Shown here one piece after another: positions 1 to 7,334 of a DNA stretch of 39,663 nt; position 1 is the first letter of the stretch, and every line of letters begins with the position of its first letter. The position numbers were made by a program, and so were the translations under genes. The notes under the pieces were generated by a model. It made no database searches and had not been told where the DNA came from. It saw only the letters and a list, made by a program, of their open reading frames with translations. Source of the DNA: Candidatus Woesearchaeota archaeon (lineage in GTDB: Archaea; Nanobdellota; Nanobdellia; SCGC-AAA011-G17; GW2011-AR17); NCBI GenBank assembly GCA_018302205.1, contig JAGVZZ010000019.1:1-39663 (forward strand), written 5' to 3'.

Positions 1-52
1 CATAATCCTGTTTAGATATTTGCGCCCTTTCAAATTTTTCACCTTTTTTCAT
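1..52 (-). CDS. 5' end of an unidentified protein-coding gene that runs off the window
   Basis: ATG at 50-52 (minus) opens MKKGEKFERAQISKQDY with no stop before position 1. A TATA-like tatttaat lies about 23 nt upstream. Confidence 0.3.
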   Translation of the reverse strand, partial: MKKGEKFERAQISKQDY

Positions 53-148
53 AACAATATAAAAGTGGAACTAGTATTTAATAGTTCGCAAAATCATAAA
101 TGGATTAGTATATATAAATCCTACGCGCACAAATACCCTGTCCGGACC

Positions 149-943
149 CTAAATAAATCCTTTAAAAGTTAAATTATTTGAAGCCCCTTTTTTTTTACAT
201 AAGAAATAAACCTCATCACCAAACTTCTTTCTCTCAACAACATCGACCAATTCTAAAAACCACTTCAATCTTTTCTCACTAATAATTTTCCCACCACCTA
301 AACTCCTAGTCGCAAAACTAACCAAAATATAATCACAATCAACCTTCCTCAAAAGCTTCTCAGTAAACCCTCTCTCTAAAGCTTCAAATCCCTCTAACAC
401 TTTAAACAAAAACACAACATCTACTCTCATAAATTTATCAAAATCAAAAACATCACCAAAACGAATTGCACCGGTTAACTTAAATTTATTCAAATACGCA
501 TTACAAAAATCCACATCATCTTTATTTATTTCCAAACCATAATAATGTACACTGCCTAACCAAGGCATACTAAAAACATTAAACCCACATCCAATATCAA
601 ACACAGTATGAATCTTAGTTTTAGTTTTCAACCAAGAATAAATCTTATCATAATATCTAAATCTTTCACGCGTTGAGATATGCGTTTTCAAAACTCTTTC
701 ACACCCTTCTTTATCATCCCAAGATTTAATTTTATTCAAATAATCATATCTTTTTTTATTTGTAGGCAATAAAAATGCACCATAAAGATCCCTTAATTTT
801 GCCCGCACTTCTTTTACAAACTTCTTTCTTTGTTTAGGCTCATAAATATTATATTTAATTTCATAAGGCTTCATTACTCTTCTAACAAAATTATCACTTA
901 ACCCATGATACTCTTTTTTCTCTTTAACCTCTTCAAGAACCAT
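149..943 (-). CDS. 16S rRNA (guanine-N7) methyltransferase homolog of the Rmt/ArmA/FmrO family
   Basis: Motif-by-motif match to RmtB/ArmA-type enzymes: LKTHISTRERF (HxSTxER), VFDIGCGFNVF (SAM motif I), DVVFLFKVLEGFE, LVSFATRSLGGG, EVYFLCKKKG. TATA at 967-974. Confidence 0.8.
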   Translation of the reverse strand: MVLEEVKEKKEYHGLSDNFVRRVMKPYEIKYNIYEPKQRKKFVKEVRAKLRDLYGAFLLPTNKKRYDYLNKIKSWDDKEGCERVLKTHISTRERFRYYDKIYSWLKTKTKIHTVFDIGCGFNVFSMPWLGSVHYYGLEINKDDVDFCNAYLNKFKLTGAIRFGDVFDFDKFMRVDVVFLFKVLEGFEALERGFTEKLLRKVDCDYILVSFATRSLGGGKIISEKRLKWFLELVDVVERKKFGDEVYFLCKKKGASNNLTFKGFI

Positions 944-966
944 TTAGTGATTAATAATAATCTAGA

Positions 967-974
967 TTTATAAA
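967..974 (-). promoter_or_regulatory. TATA box (TTTATAAA), 24 nt upstream of the ATG at 943
   Basis: Spacing and sequence recur across the window, which implies a leaderless transcript. Confidence 0.45.
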
Positions 975-1009
975 CCTTCCCAAAAATAAATTTCTCCTCG
1001 ATAAAAAAA

Positions 1010-1558
1010 TTAATAAGATTTTTCGTCTTCAAACTTTCTTCTCATTTCTTCTCGTTTCTTATCTTCAAGCCATCTATACACATTTCCATGTGGCGCGCCT
1101 TCTAATATCATTTCAACAGCTTGTCGTGCCATAGGCACATCTTCAACTTTCCCAATAACCCCAATAGTTTTCCCATAAACAGAAATATTAGTACTAGTCA
1201 TTTGTTCAACCATCTTTCTAGCTTTACCTTCTTGCCCAATAACTCTTCCTTTCAATCTCATCATAGTTTTTTTAGAACCATTAGCAAAATCATTAACATT
1301 TATCAAATCAAACATATAACTTTCATCAAAAAGTAATTCCGCAATATCAGGATTAAACCCTCTTGCAATCGCCTTCACAACATTCATAGCCTCAAAAACA
1401 GCAACACTATCCTCACCAGAAATCTCAACATCCCCATCTTCAGAATGCACATTAATTCGGATCTTTAATTTTTCTTCAATCTTTTTTTTCTGTTCTCCGC
1501 CTTTACCGATTAATACAGCGATTCTTTCAAGTGGTATTTTTATTTCCTGTGTGTCCAT
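1010..1558 (-). CDS. Double KH-domain RNA-binding protein (archaeal Dim2/Pno1-like)
   Basis: Two KH GXXG loops (VLIGKGGEQ, RVIGQEGKA). Sits in the conserved archaeal aIF1A-Rio-KH gene order. Confidence 0.85.
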   Translation of the reverse strand: MDTQEIKIPLERIAVLIGKGGEQKKKIEEKLKIRINVHSEDGDVEISGEDSVAVFEAMNVVKAIARGFNPDIAELLFDESYMFDLINVNDFANGSKKTMMRLKGRVIGQEGKARKMVEQMTSTNISVYGKTIGVIGKVEDVPMARQAVEMILEGAPHGNVYRWLEDKKREEMRRKFEDEKSY

Positions 1559-2226
1559 ACTCTTTCAAACTCCGTTTCTTCGTCTAATTTTAACCCAAAT
1601 TTGTTGAAATATCTCACAAGATTTTCCATATCCCTTTTTAATAATCTTTGAACATTTGGATACCTTGCATCTAAAGCATGCGAAAAATCAATCAATACCG
1701 GTTTCTCCTTGAGATTCAGTATATTGAACTCTGATAGATCAGCATGCACTAATCCAACTTTAAAAAGCTTAATGACCTCTTTTATAAGCCTTTCGTAGAA
1801 TTCTTTTGGTTTTTTTGGACTCAGATTTTGCAATAAAGGCGCATCAAAATACTCCATAATCAAAATATTCTGATGGACAGCTAAAGGTGTCGGAGCTAAA
1901 ACCCCACCTTCTCTCGCTTTCAGTAAATTTCTAAACTCTTTTTTTGCCCAAGCATAAATAATTGTTAACTTAGTGCCCTTAACCCCAGCAAACCTAGGAT
2001 CAGATTTCATATAATCATACATCTTTTTGAAATTAGCAGAAGTCCTATAAATTTTAGCAACTCTTTTTTCATCTTTATACTTAACAGTAAAAACATTACT
2101 TTCTTTACCAGTAGATATCGGTCCTTCAATTTCTTCAAAATATCCTTGCCCAGATAACTTAAAGAGCCCCCTAAGAGTAGCTTCATCAAAAACATTTTCA
2201 TATGCAATAAATTTATTCTTAGACAT
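1540..2226 (-). CDS. RIO-type serine protein kinase (Rio1-like, no N-terminal wHTH)
   Basis: STGKESNVF P-loop-like motif, catalytic LVHADLSEFNIL, metal-binding IDFSHA. Overlaps the KH gene by 19 nt. Confidence 0.9.
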   Translation of the reverse strand: MSKNKFIAYENVFDEATLRGLFKLSGQGYFEEIEGPISTGKESNVFTVKYKDEKRVAKIYRTSANFKKMYDYMKSDPRFAGVKGTKLTIIYAWAKKEFRNLLKAREGGVLAPTPLAVHQNILIMEYFDAPLLQNLSPKKPKEFYERLIKEVIKLFKVGLVHADLSEFNILNLKEKPVLIDFSHALDARYPNVQRLLKRDMENLVRYFNKFGLKLDEETEFERVWTHRK

Positions 2227-2260
2227 AAAACCAATGATAACTTTAGAGATATATAAAACT

Positions 2261-2608
2261 TTAGAACTCTTCTAAATCAACTGTAACTTCTTTGATTAAA
2301 CCTTTTCTTCTTAAAAACTCAACTTGTGAAGCCCTATATTTGTAAATAACATCCCCTTTATCTTCTCCGCCATACTCCCAAGGTTCAACTAAAACAACAT
2401 CATTCTCTCGAACCCAAAGATTTCTTTTCATAGCACCAGGGATTCTACAAACTCTAGTTTTCCCATCAAAGCATCTGACTCTCATTCTTCCATTTCCAAG
2501 TCTAGATTCAACAACACCAATTGATTGATTACCACGCGGCAACTTTACTCTCATAATTTCTTGTTGTTGTTGCTGTATTTTTGCTTCTTCTTCACGTTTC
2601 TTATTCAT
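2261..2608 (-). CDS. eif1a: Translation initiation factor aIF1A
   Basis: S1-like OB fold core GNGRMRVRCFDGKTRVCRIPGAMKRNLWVRENDVVLVEPWEY. Typical size of 115 aa. Confidence 0.92.
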   Translation of the reverse strand: MNKKREEEAKIQQQQQEIMRVKLPRGNQSIGVVESRLGNGRMRVRCFDGKTRVCRIPGAMKRNLWVRENDVVLVEPWEYGGEDKGDVIYKYRASQVEFLRRKGLIKEVTVDLEEF

Positions 2609-2632
2609 CTACCCTAAATTTATTATTCTCTT

Positions 2633-2640
2633 TTTATAAA
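2633..2640 (-). promoter_or_regulatory. TATA box (TTTATAAA), 25 nt upstream of the aIF1A ATG
   Basis: Same motif and spacing as the other promoters in the window. Confidence 0.45.
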
Positions 2641-2657
2641 CCTTACTTAAAGGTTAA

Positions 2658-3584
2658 TCAGCATAATTCTTTGATTTTGTGCAGTAATTCTTCAACATTT
2701 TTAATTTTAGAAACTTCAACTCTGAGCTTAGAACTATTCTTATATCCTCTAGAAAATTGCACAAACAAAAATTTGAAATTGTTCACTTCAAAACAATCAT
2801 ATTTTTTACATAATTTCAAATACTCCAATAATAATTTCATTTTTTCTTCAAAACTTTCTTCAGGCAATATGATCCCAGTCTTCAAATAATGATTCACACG
2901 ACGAAAAAAGAATGGATCCTTCATAGCCCGCCTCCCAACCATAACATAATCACAACCAGTTTGATCAATCATCCTTTTTACATCTTCAACCTTATCGATA
3001 TCCCCATTACCAATCACAGATATAGAAACACTTTCTTTGATTTTCTTAATATAACTCCAATCGGCTTTTCCCGAATAACCTTGCTCTAAAGTTCGTGCAT
3101 GCACTGCAATCGCACAACAATATTTATCAGCAATTTTAGCAAGTTCCAATGCAACAATATTTTTTTCATTAACCCCTAAACGAATTTTACAACTAATAGG
3201 AATATTCAATGTGCTTAATTTCTTCAAAATACTTTCAACCTTTTTCAAATCTTTTAACAATGCCGCACCCGAACCTAAACCAATAACCTTCGGCGCAGGA
3301 CATCCAATATTCAAATCAACAACATCAGTTTTTCCAACCAAACTTTTCGCAGCTTCATATAATTTATTTTCATCATTCCCAAAAATTTGAGTAACAACTG
3401 GCCTCTCTTCCTTAACAACATCAAAAACATTCCCCTTCTGTAACGCATCAGTATGAAAAAACTCAGTATAACAAATCCCAGCACCCAATTTCTTACACAA
3501 AATTCTAAAAGCAACATTCGTCACACCAGCCATAGGCGCGAGAATTAACTTCCCTTTAATCTTCGGAAACTCTTCTTTCTTCAT
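2658..3584 (-). CDS. dus: tRNA-dihydrouridine synthase (Dus family)
   Basis: LAPMAGVTNVAFR, DLNIGCPAPKV with the catalytic Cys, and TIM-barrel FMN motifs (AIAVHARTLEQGYSG, GNGDI). Confidence 0.88.
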   Translation of the reverse strand: MKKEEFPKIKGKLILAPMAGVTNVAFRILCKKLGAGICYTEFFHTDALQKGNVFDVVKEERPVVTQIFGNDENKLYEAAKSLVGKTDVVDLNIGCPAPKVIGLGSGAALLKDLKKVESILKKLSTLNIPISCKIRLGVNEKNIVALELAKIADKYCCAIAVHARTLEQGYSGKADWSYIKKIKESVSISVIGNGDIDKVEDVKRMIDQTGCDYVMVGRRAMKDPFFFRRVNHYLKTGIILPEESFEEKMKLLLEYLKLCKKYDCFEVNNFKFLFVQFSRGYKNSSKLRVEVSKIKNVEELLHKIKELC

Positions 3585-3903
3585 TTTTCCTAAAACAAAC
3601 CGTAGCCCGAGAAAGCACTTTTGATTCTAAACGACTTGCAGTTTGAAACTTCTTTGTAATCAACAAAGTCCAATCTCTAAATGCTCTCTTCAATTTCTGC
3701 CCTAGACTTCTAGCATATCTTTGAGAACTAATGTATATATCAACCCCAGTTTTTAATTGTTCAACCTTAGAAATAAAAATTGTATCTGTTTTTGTTCTCT
3801 TAATATCCCCTTTAATAAATTCAAAAACTTCATCATCATAAGGTCTTAGCTGAATGATCGCCTCAAAATATTTTGGATTATTCGCAAAGGTAGACTTGGA
3901 CAT
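3556..3903 (-). CDS. Small NMD3-related protein (lacks the Zn-ribbon N-terminus)
   Basis: FEAIIQLRP motif and overall pattern resemble the NMD3 core. Overlaps both neighbours (29 and 26 nt) in the translation cluster. Confidence 0.45.
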   Translation of the reverse strand: MSKSTFANNPKYFEAIIQLRPYDDEVFEFIKGDIKRTKTDTIFISKVEQLKTGVDIYISSQRYARSLGQKLKRAFRDWTLLITKKFQTASRLESKVLSRATVCFRKNEERRVSED

Positions 3904-4162
3904 GTGGAACTCCTTGAATATAAATTATATCTTCTTCATTAATAAACCCTTCTCTCAAAGCGAGTCCGATAGTATTCTCTCCAACTAAACTCAAATTTCT
4001 AGCTTCACTCATAACTTTTATTGCAGATTCTTCATCAAACAATTCACCTTTATAAAAAATCTCAGAAACATTCAAGGATAATTTATCTTCTTCAAAACTT
4101 TTCCCAATTAATTCAACATCACAACAGGCTACAACAGTCTCATGAAATTTTATTGAAATCAT
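3878..4162 (-). CDS. DUF424-family protein
   Basis: ACCDVELIGKSFEE..L.V...FYKGE...NLSLVGENTIG...GVPHVQV follows the DUF424 consensus. It is commonly found next to aIF2-beta. Confidence 0.7.
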   Translation of the reverse strand: MISIKFHETVVACCDVELIGKSFEEDKLSLNVSEIFYKGELFDEESAIKVMSEARNLSLVGENTIGLALREGFINEEDIIYIQGVPHVQVYLCE

Positions 4163-4165
4163 CTT

Positions 4166-4573
4166 TTAAATTTTAGCTAATACAGGACTCTTTGTTCCAC
4201 AAGCCATACACTTCTTAATCAACTTTCCCTCTTCTTCTAACAATTTAGTATCCGGTTTACAACATTGATCACATAATACAAAAGTTTGCACATACTTATG
4301 CAACTTATCATTAATCATAGATGAAGTCAATTTTCTTCCAAAAACTAACCTTTTATCCTGAAAAAAACCAGGAGTCGCTAATTCTCTTTGTAAAAATTTC
4401 AAAATATGATCCGCAGGCCTAGAAATTTGATCTGCAATCGCAAAAATATTAATAATAATAGTCCTATTACCTTCAACATGTCCTTTAACCTTCGGCATTT
4501 CAAACCTTTCACACTTGTTTTGTACCTTCGGCAAAGACTCTTTCGCTTTCTTTAACATTTCTTCATAATTCAT
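4166..4573 (-). CDS. eif2b: Translation initiation factor aIF2 beta subunit
   Basis: ELATPGFFQDKRLVFGRK core and C-terminal C4 zinc ribbon (CDQCCKPDT...CMACG). Confidence 0.92.
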   Translation of the reverse strand: MNYEEMLKKAKESLPKVQNKCERFEMPKVKGHVEGNRTIIINIFAIADQISRPADHILKFLQRELATPGFFQDKRLVFGRKLTSSMINDKLHKYVQTFVLCDQCCKPDTKLLEEEGKLIKKCMACGTKSPVLAKI

Positions 4574-4595
4574 AGAATTAAAGAAAAATAGACAC

Positions 4596-4628
4596 TATTT
4601 AAACCTTTTCAAAAGCCTTATTTATACG
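4596..4628. promoter_or_regulatory. Divergent promoter region: TATTTAAA (4596-4603, for aIF2-beta) and TTTATAC (4621-4627, for the SpoU gene)
   Basis: Each element lies about 20-25 nt from its own ATG (4573 on minus, 4646 on plus). Confidence 0.4.
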
Positions 4629-4645
4629 TATTTATTCTCAAACCT

Positions 4646-5089
4646 ATGCAAGTTTTACTTTATCAAATCCAACAATCAAAGAATCTAGGAATGATTATTA
4701 GAACCGCAGTAGGCCTAAACATTAAAAAAATCTATTTGACAGACCCTAAAGATTTACTTACAAAAAAAATAAAACAAATCACAAATACCTCTCAAGGAAC
4801 TATTAGCAATATAGAATTAATAGTCTTAGAAAACCTCGAAGAATTTTTAAAACAATATTCTGGACGAAAAATAGCATCAGTTTGTAATGACGATAATTCA
4901 ATAGAATTAGAAAAATTTACTCCCAAAGAATCTGATTTAATTATATTCGGAAACGAAAGAGGTTTACCAAAAGAAATTATTAAACACTGTGAAATCCAAA
5001 TAACCATCCCTATGTCAAACAAACTAAATTCTTTAAACATTGCTTGCGCATTTTCAATAATTGCATACAATGTTCAAACTAAACTATAA
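4646..5089 (+). CDS. SpoU/TrmL-like RNA 2'-O-methyltransferase (minimal SPOUT domain)
   Basis: NLGMIIRTA, IIFGNERGLPKEI and IPM..NSLNIACAFSIIAY SPOUT knot motifs. 147 aa. Confidence 0.8.
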   Translation: MQVLLYQIQQSKNLGMIIRTAVGLNIKKIYLTDPKDLLTKKIKQITNTSQGTISNIELIVLENLEEFLKQYSGRKIASVCNDDNSIELEKFTPKESDLIIFGNERGLPKEIIKHCEIQITIPMSNKLNSLNIACAFSIIAYNVQTKL

Positions 5090-5712
5090 TACCCTTTCTT
5101 CGGCGAGAAAACCTCTCCCTCTTTTAAAAGTTCATACAAAGCAAACATAACTTTATCTTTAGCGATTCCGCAAGCACTAACTAAATCATCCTCACTAGCT
5201 TCCTCATTCTTTTCAATAGTATTCAAAATAATTTCTCTAGCCCTCAAAGTCGGCTCCACTTCATCCGGCACAGATTCTTCTTTCTTCAAGATAATTTTTT
5301 CTTCTCTAGAAGGGGCACCATACTCATGATTCAACTCTAAGTTTCTTAGTAAAGCCCAATCAAAACTCATATTTCTGATTATCTCAGGTCTTACATATCT
5401 TTCATTATTAAAATCGGATAATCTCCCAATAATCATTACAAAATCCCCAACCTGTTTTTCTTTCATTAATTCAACATCATCATTCCAAACTTTCAATCTA
5501 ATTTGTGCAGATCCATCATCAATAGTCATACTTCCATAATTATCTTGAACAGAAGTATCAATAATATTCCCTAAAACATTCACTCTCACAACACTCTTCC
5601 CTCTAACTTCAAAAGCTTTCAACTGAGTCGTTTCATCAACCTTCGGAATACCAGAATACAAATCCTTAATCCAAAATTTATACGCAGTTTGTCTCTTAGG
5701 GAAATTATCCAT
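5074..5712 (-). CDS. OB-fold ssDNA-binding protein, RPA32/Rpa2-like with C-terminal winged helix
   Basis: OB core VRVNVLGNIID...GSMTIDDGSAQIRLKVW...GDFVMIIGRL, an acidic linker, then a wH-like tail LYELLKEGEVFSPKKGYYSL. Confidence 0.6.
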   Translation of the reverse strand: MDNFPKRQTAYKFWIKDLYSGIPKVDETTQLKAFEVRGKSVVRVNVLGNIIDTSVQDNYGSMTIDDGSAQIRLKVWNDDVELMKEKQVGDFVMIIGRLSDFNNERYVRPEIIRNMSFDWALLRNLELNHEYGAPSREEKIILKKEESVPDEVEPTLRAREIILNTIEKNEEASEDDLVSACGIAKDKVMFALYELLKEGEVFSPKKGYYSLV

Positions 5713-5761
5713 AACAAGAATTTCTCAAACATAATTTATAAATAATTGTATACTTTCAGCT

Positions 5762-6661
5762 CTATTTTGTCTTTAAAAAGCTAAACACAGATTTTGCCGC
5801 AATAGCCCCTTGTGCAGCCGCAGTTATATACTGCTTTACCATAGTACAATTGGTTATATCACCAGCAGCATAGATTCCAGGAACATTTGTTCTCATTTCC
5901 TTATCAACAATAATAAATTGTTTATCATCCAATTTCAACCCCAAATCTTTTGTAAGATTAACCATGGGCACAGCCCCAATTTCAACAAAAATACCATCAA
6001 CCTTCAACTCAGTCTTATTATCAAGTATAATTGTTTCAACAAACTTTTTCCCCTTTACTTCAAGAACATTAGTTTTATTCAATATTTCTAATTTTTTCAT
6101 AGCTTTCATTTTCTTAAGCAAAACTTCCTCTGCTTTACATTTTTCATTTTTATTAATCAAATAAACTTTCGAAGCAAATGCATCCATAAACAATGCAGCC
6201 AGGATTGCAGAATCTCCACCACCGATTACTGCAACAACTTTGTTTTTATAAAAAGGCCCATCACAAGTATAACAATAATGTACACCACTACCTAAAAAAT
6301 GGTCCTCACCTTTAATATTTAATTGACGATTTTGCATACCATTAGCAAAAATAACCGTTTTCGCTTCATACTGTTTTCTACAAACTAAACTAAAATTTTC
6401 ACCATTTGGAATAACCGAAGTAACTTCATCATCAACAATCTCTACACCAAACTGTTTTGCATGTTTTATACTCTTATCCAAAAGTTTCAATCCAGAAATT
6501 CCAGGTTCACCAATCCAATTATCAATTTTATGAGTCCGATTTAGATTTCCACCTAACTCACTCCCAATAATTAACACTTTCAAAGAAGCCCGAGCTGCAT
6601 AAAGCCCCGCATTCAATCCTGCGATACCACTACCGATTATTACAACATCATACATAAACAA
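5762..6661 (-). CDS. trxB: Low-molecular-weight thioredoxin reductase-like flavoprotein
   Basis: GSGIAG FAD motif, redox CYTC (CxxC), GGGDSA, and C-terminal AAGDIT. Confidence 0.88.
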   Translation of the reverse strand: MFMYDVVIIGSGIAGLNAGLYAARASLKVLIIGSELGGNLNRTHKIDNWIGEPGISGLKLLDKSIKHAKQFGVEIVDDEVTSVIPNGENFSLVCRKQYEAKTVIFANGMQNRQLNIKGEDHFLGSGVHYCYTCDGPFYKNKVVAVIGGGDSAILAALFMDAFASKVYLINKNEKCKAEEVLLKKMKAMKKLEILNKTNVLEVKGKKFVETIILDNKTELKVDGIFVEIGAVPMVNLTKDLGLKLDDKQFIIVDKEMRTNVPGIYAAGDITNCTMVKQYITAAAQGAIAAKSVFSFLKTK

Positions 6662-6690
6662 AACAAATCATAGAGACTATAAAAATCTTT

Positions 6691-7305
6691 TCACACCTTA
6701 AAATTATCATACTTCAAATCAAACCCATATACTTCTTTGAATAAAAGCACAAATTTTTCCTTTGAAGCAATATATTTTAATCCTCTAATCAACTCTAAAA
6801 ATTTAGGTTTTCCATAATATTTTATCAAAAATTCTACAGCAAACCCAGATTCTTTGTAAACATTATCATCAGAATTATCATAATAATTCAAAAAATTCTT
6901 ATAAACATCCGGCTTAAGCCTTTTATCCAACTGCCCAGACAAATATATCGCAATCCCCTCAAATAACCATCTAGGTTTATCACAATAATTAGAAACCATA
7001 TAAAAATAACAATGATTCAACTCATGTTTGATTAATTTTGCATAATCTTCATCATTAATTTCTTTAACAAACGCAGACTTCTCCAAGATATAAACATTCT
7101 TCCTTTCAGCCCACCCAACTAACCAATCTGGGGTTATCCTCTTTAACATCTGATTTACAGACTCCCTATTTTCTAAAATAAAAATTTGAGGTTTAGAATA
7201 CGCTTCACGAATATTATAAAACTCTTCAAACTCTTTAGTAAACTTCTCAAAAGATTCCTCAATAACTTTATCCTCTTTAAACGCAACTGAAAAAACCATA
7301 ATCAA
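6691..7305 (-). CDS. Predicted gluzincin (MA-clan) metallopeptidase-like protein
   Basis: HELNH (HExxH) followed by LFEGIAIY as a candidate third Glu ligand. No further family assignment is possible by eye. Confidence 0.45.
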   Translation of the reverse strand: MIMVFSVAFKEDKVIEESFEKFTKEFEEFYNIREAYSKPQIFILENRESVNQMLKRITPDWLVGWAERKNVYILEKSAFVKEINDEDYAKLIKHELNHCYFYMVSNYCDKPRWLFEGIAIYLSGQLDKRLKPDVYKNFLNYYDNSDDNVYKESGFAVEFLIKYYGKPKFLELIRGLKYIASKEKFVLLFKEVYGFDLKYDNFKV

Positions 7306-7334
7306 ATAATAAAATTAAAACTTAAATAACTTCT

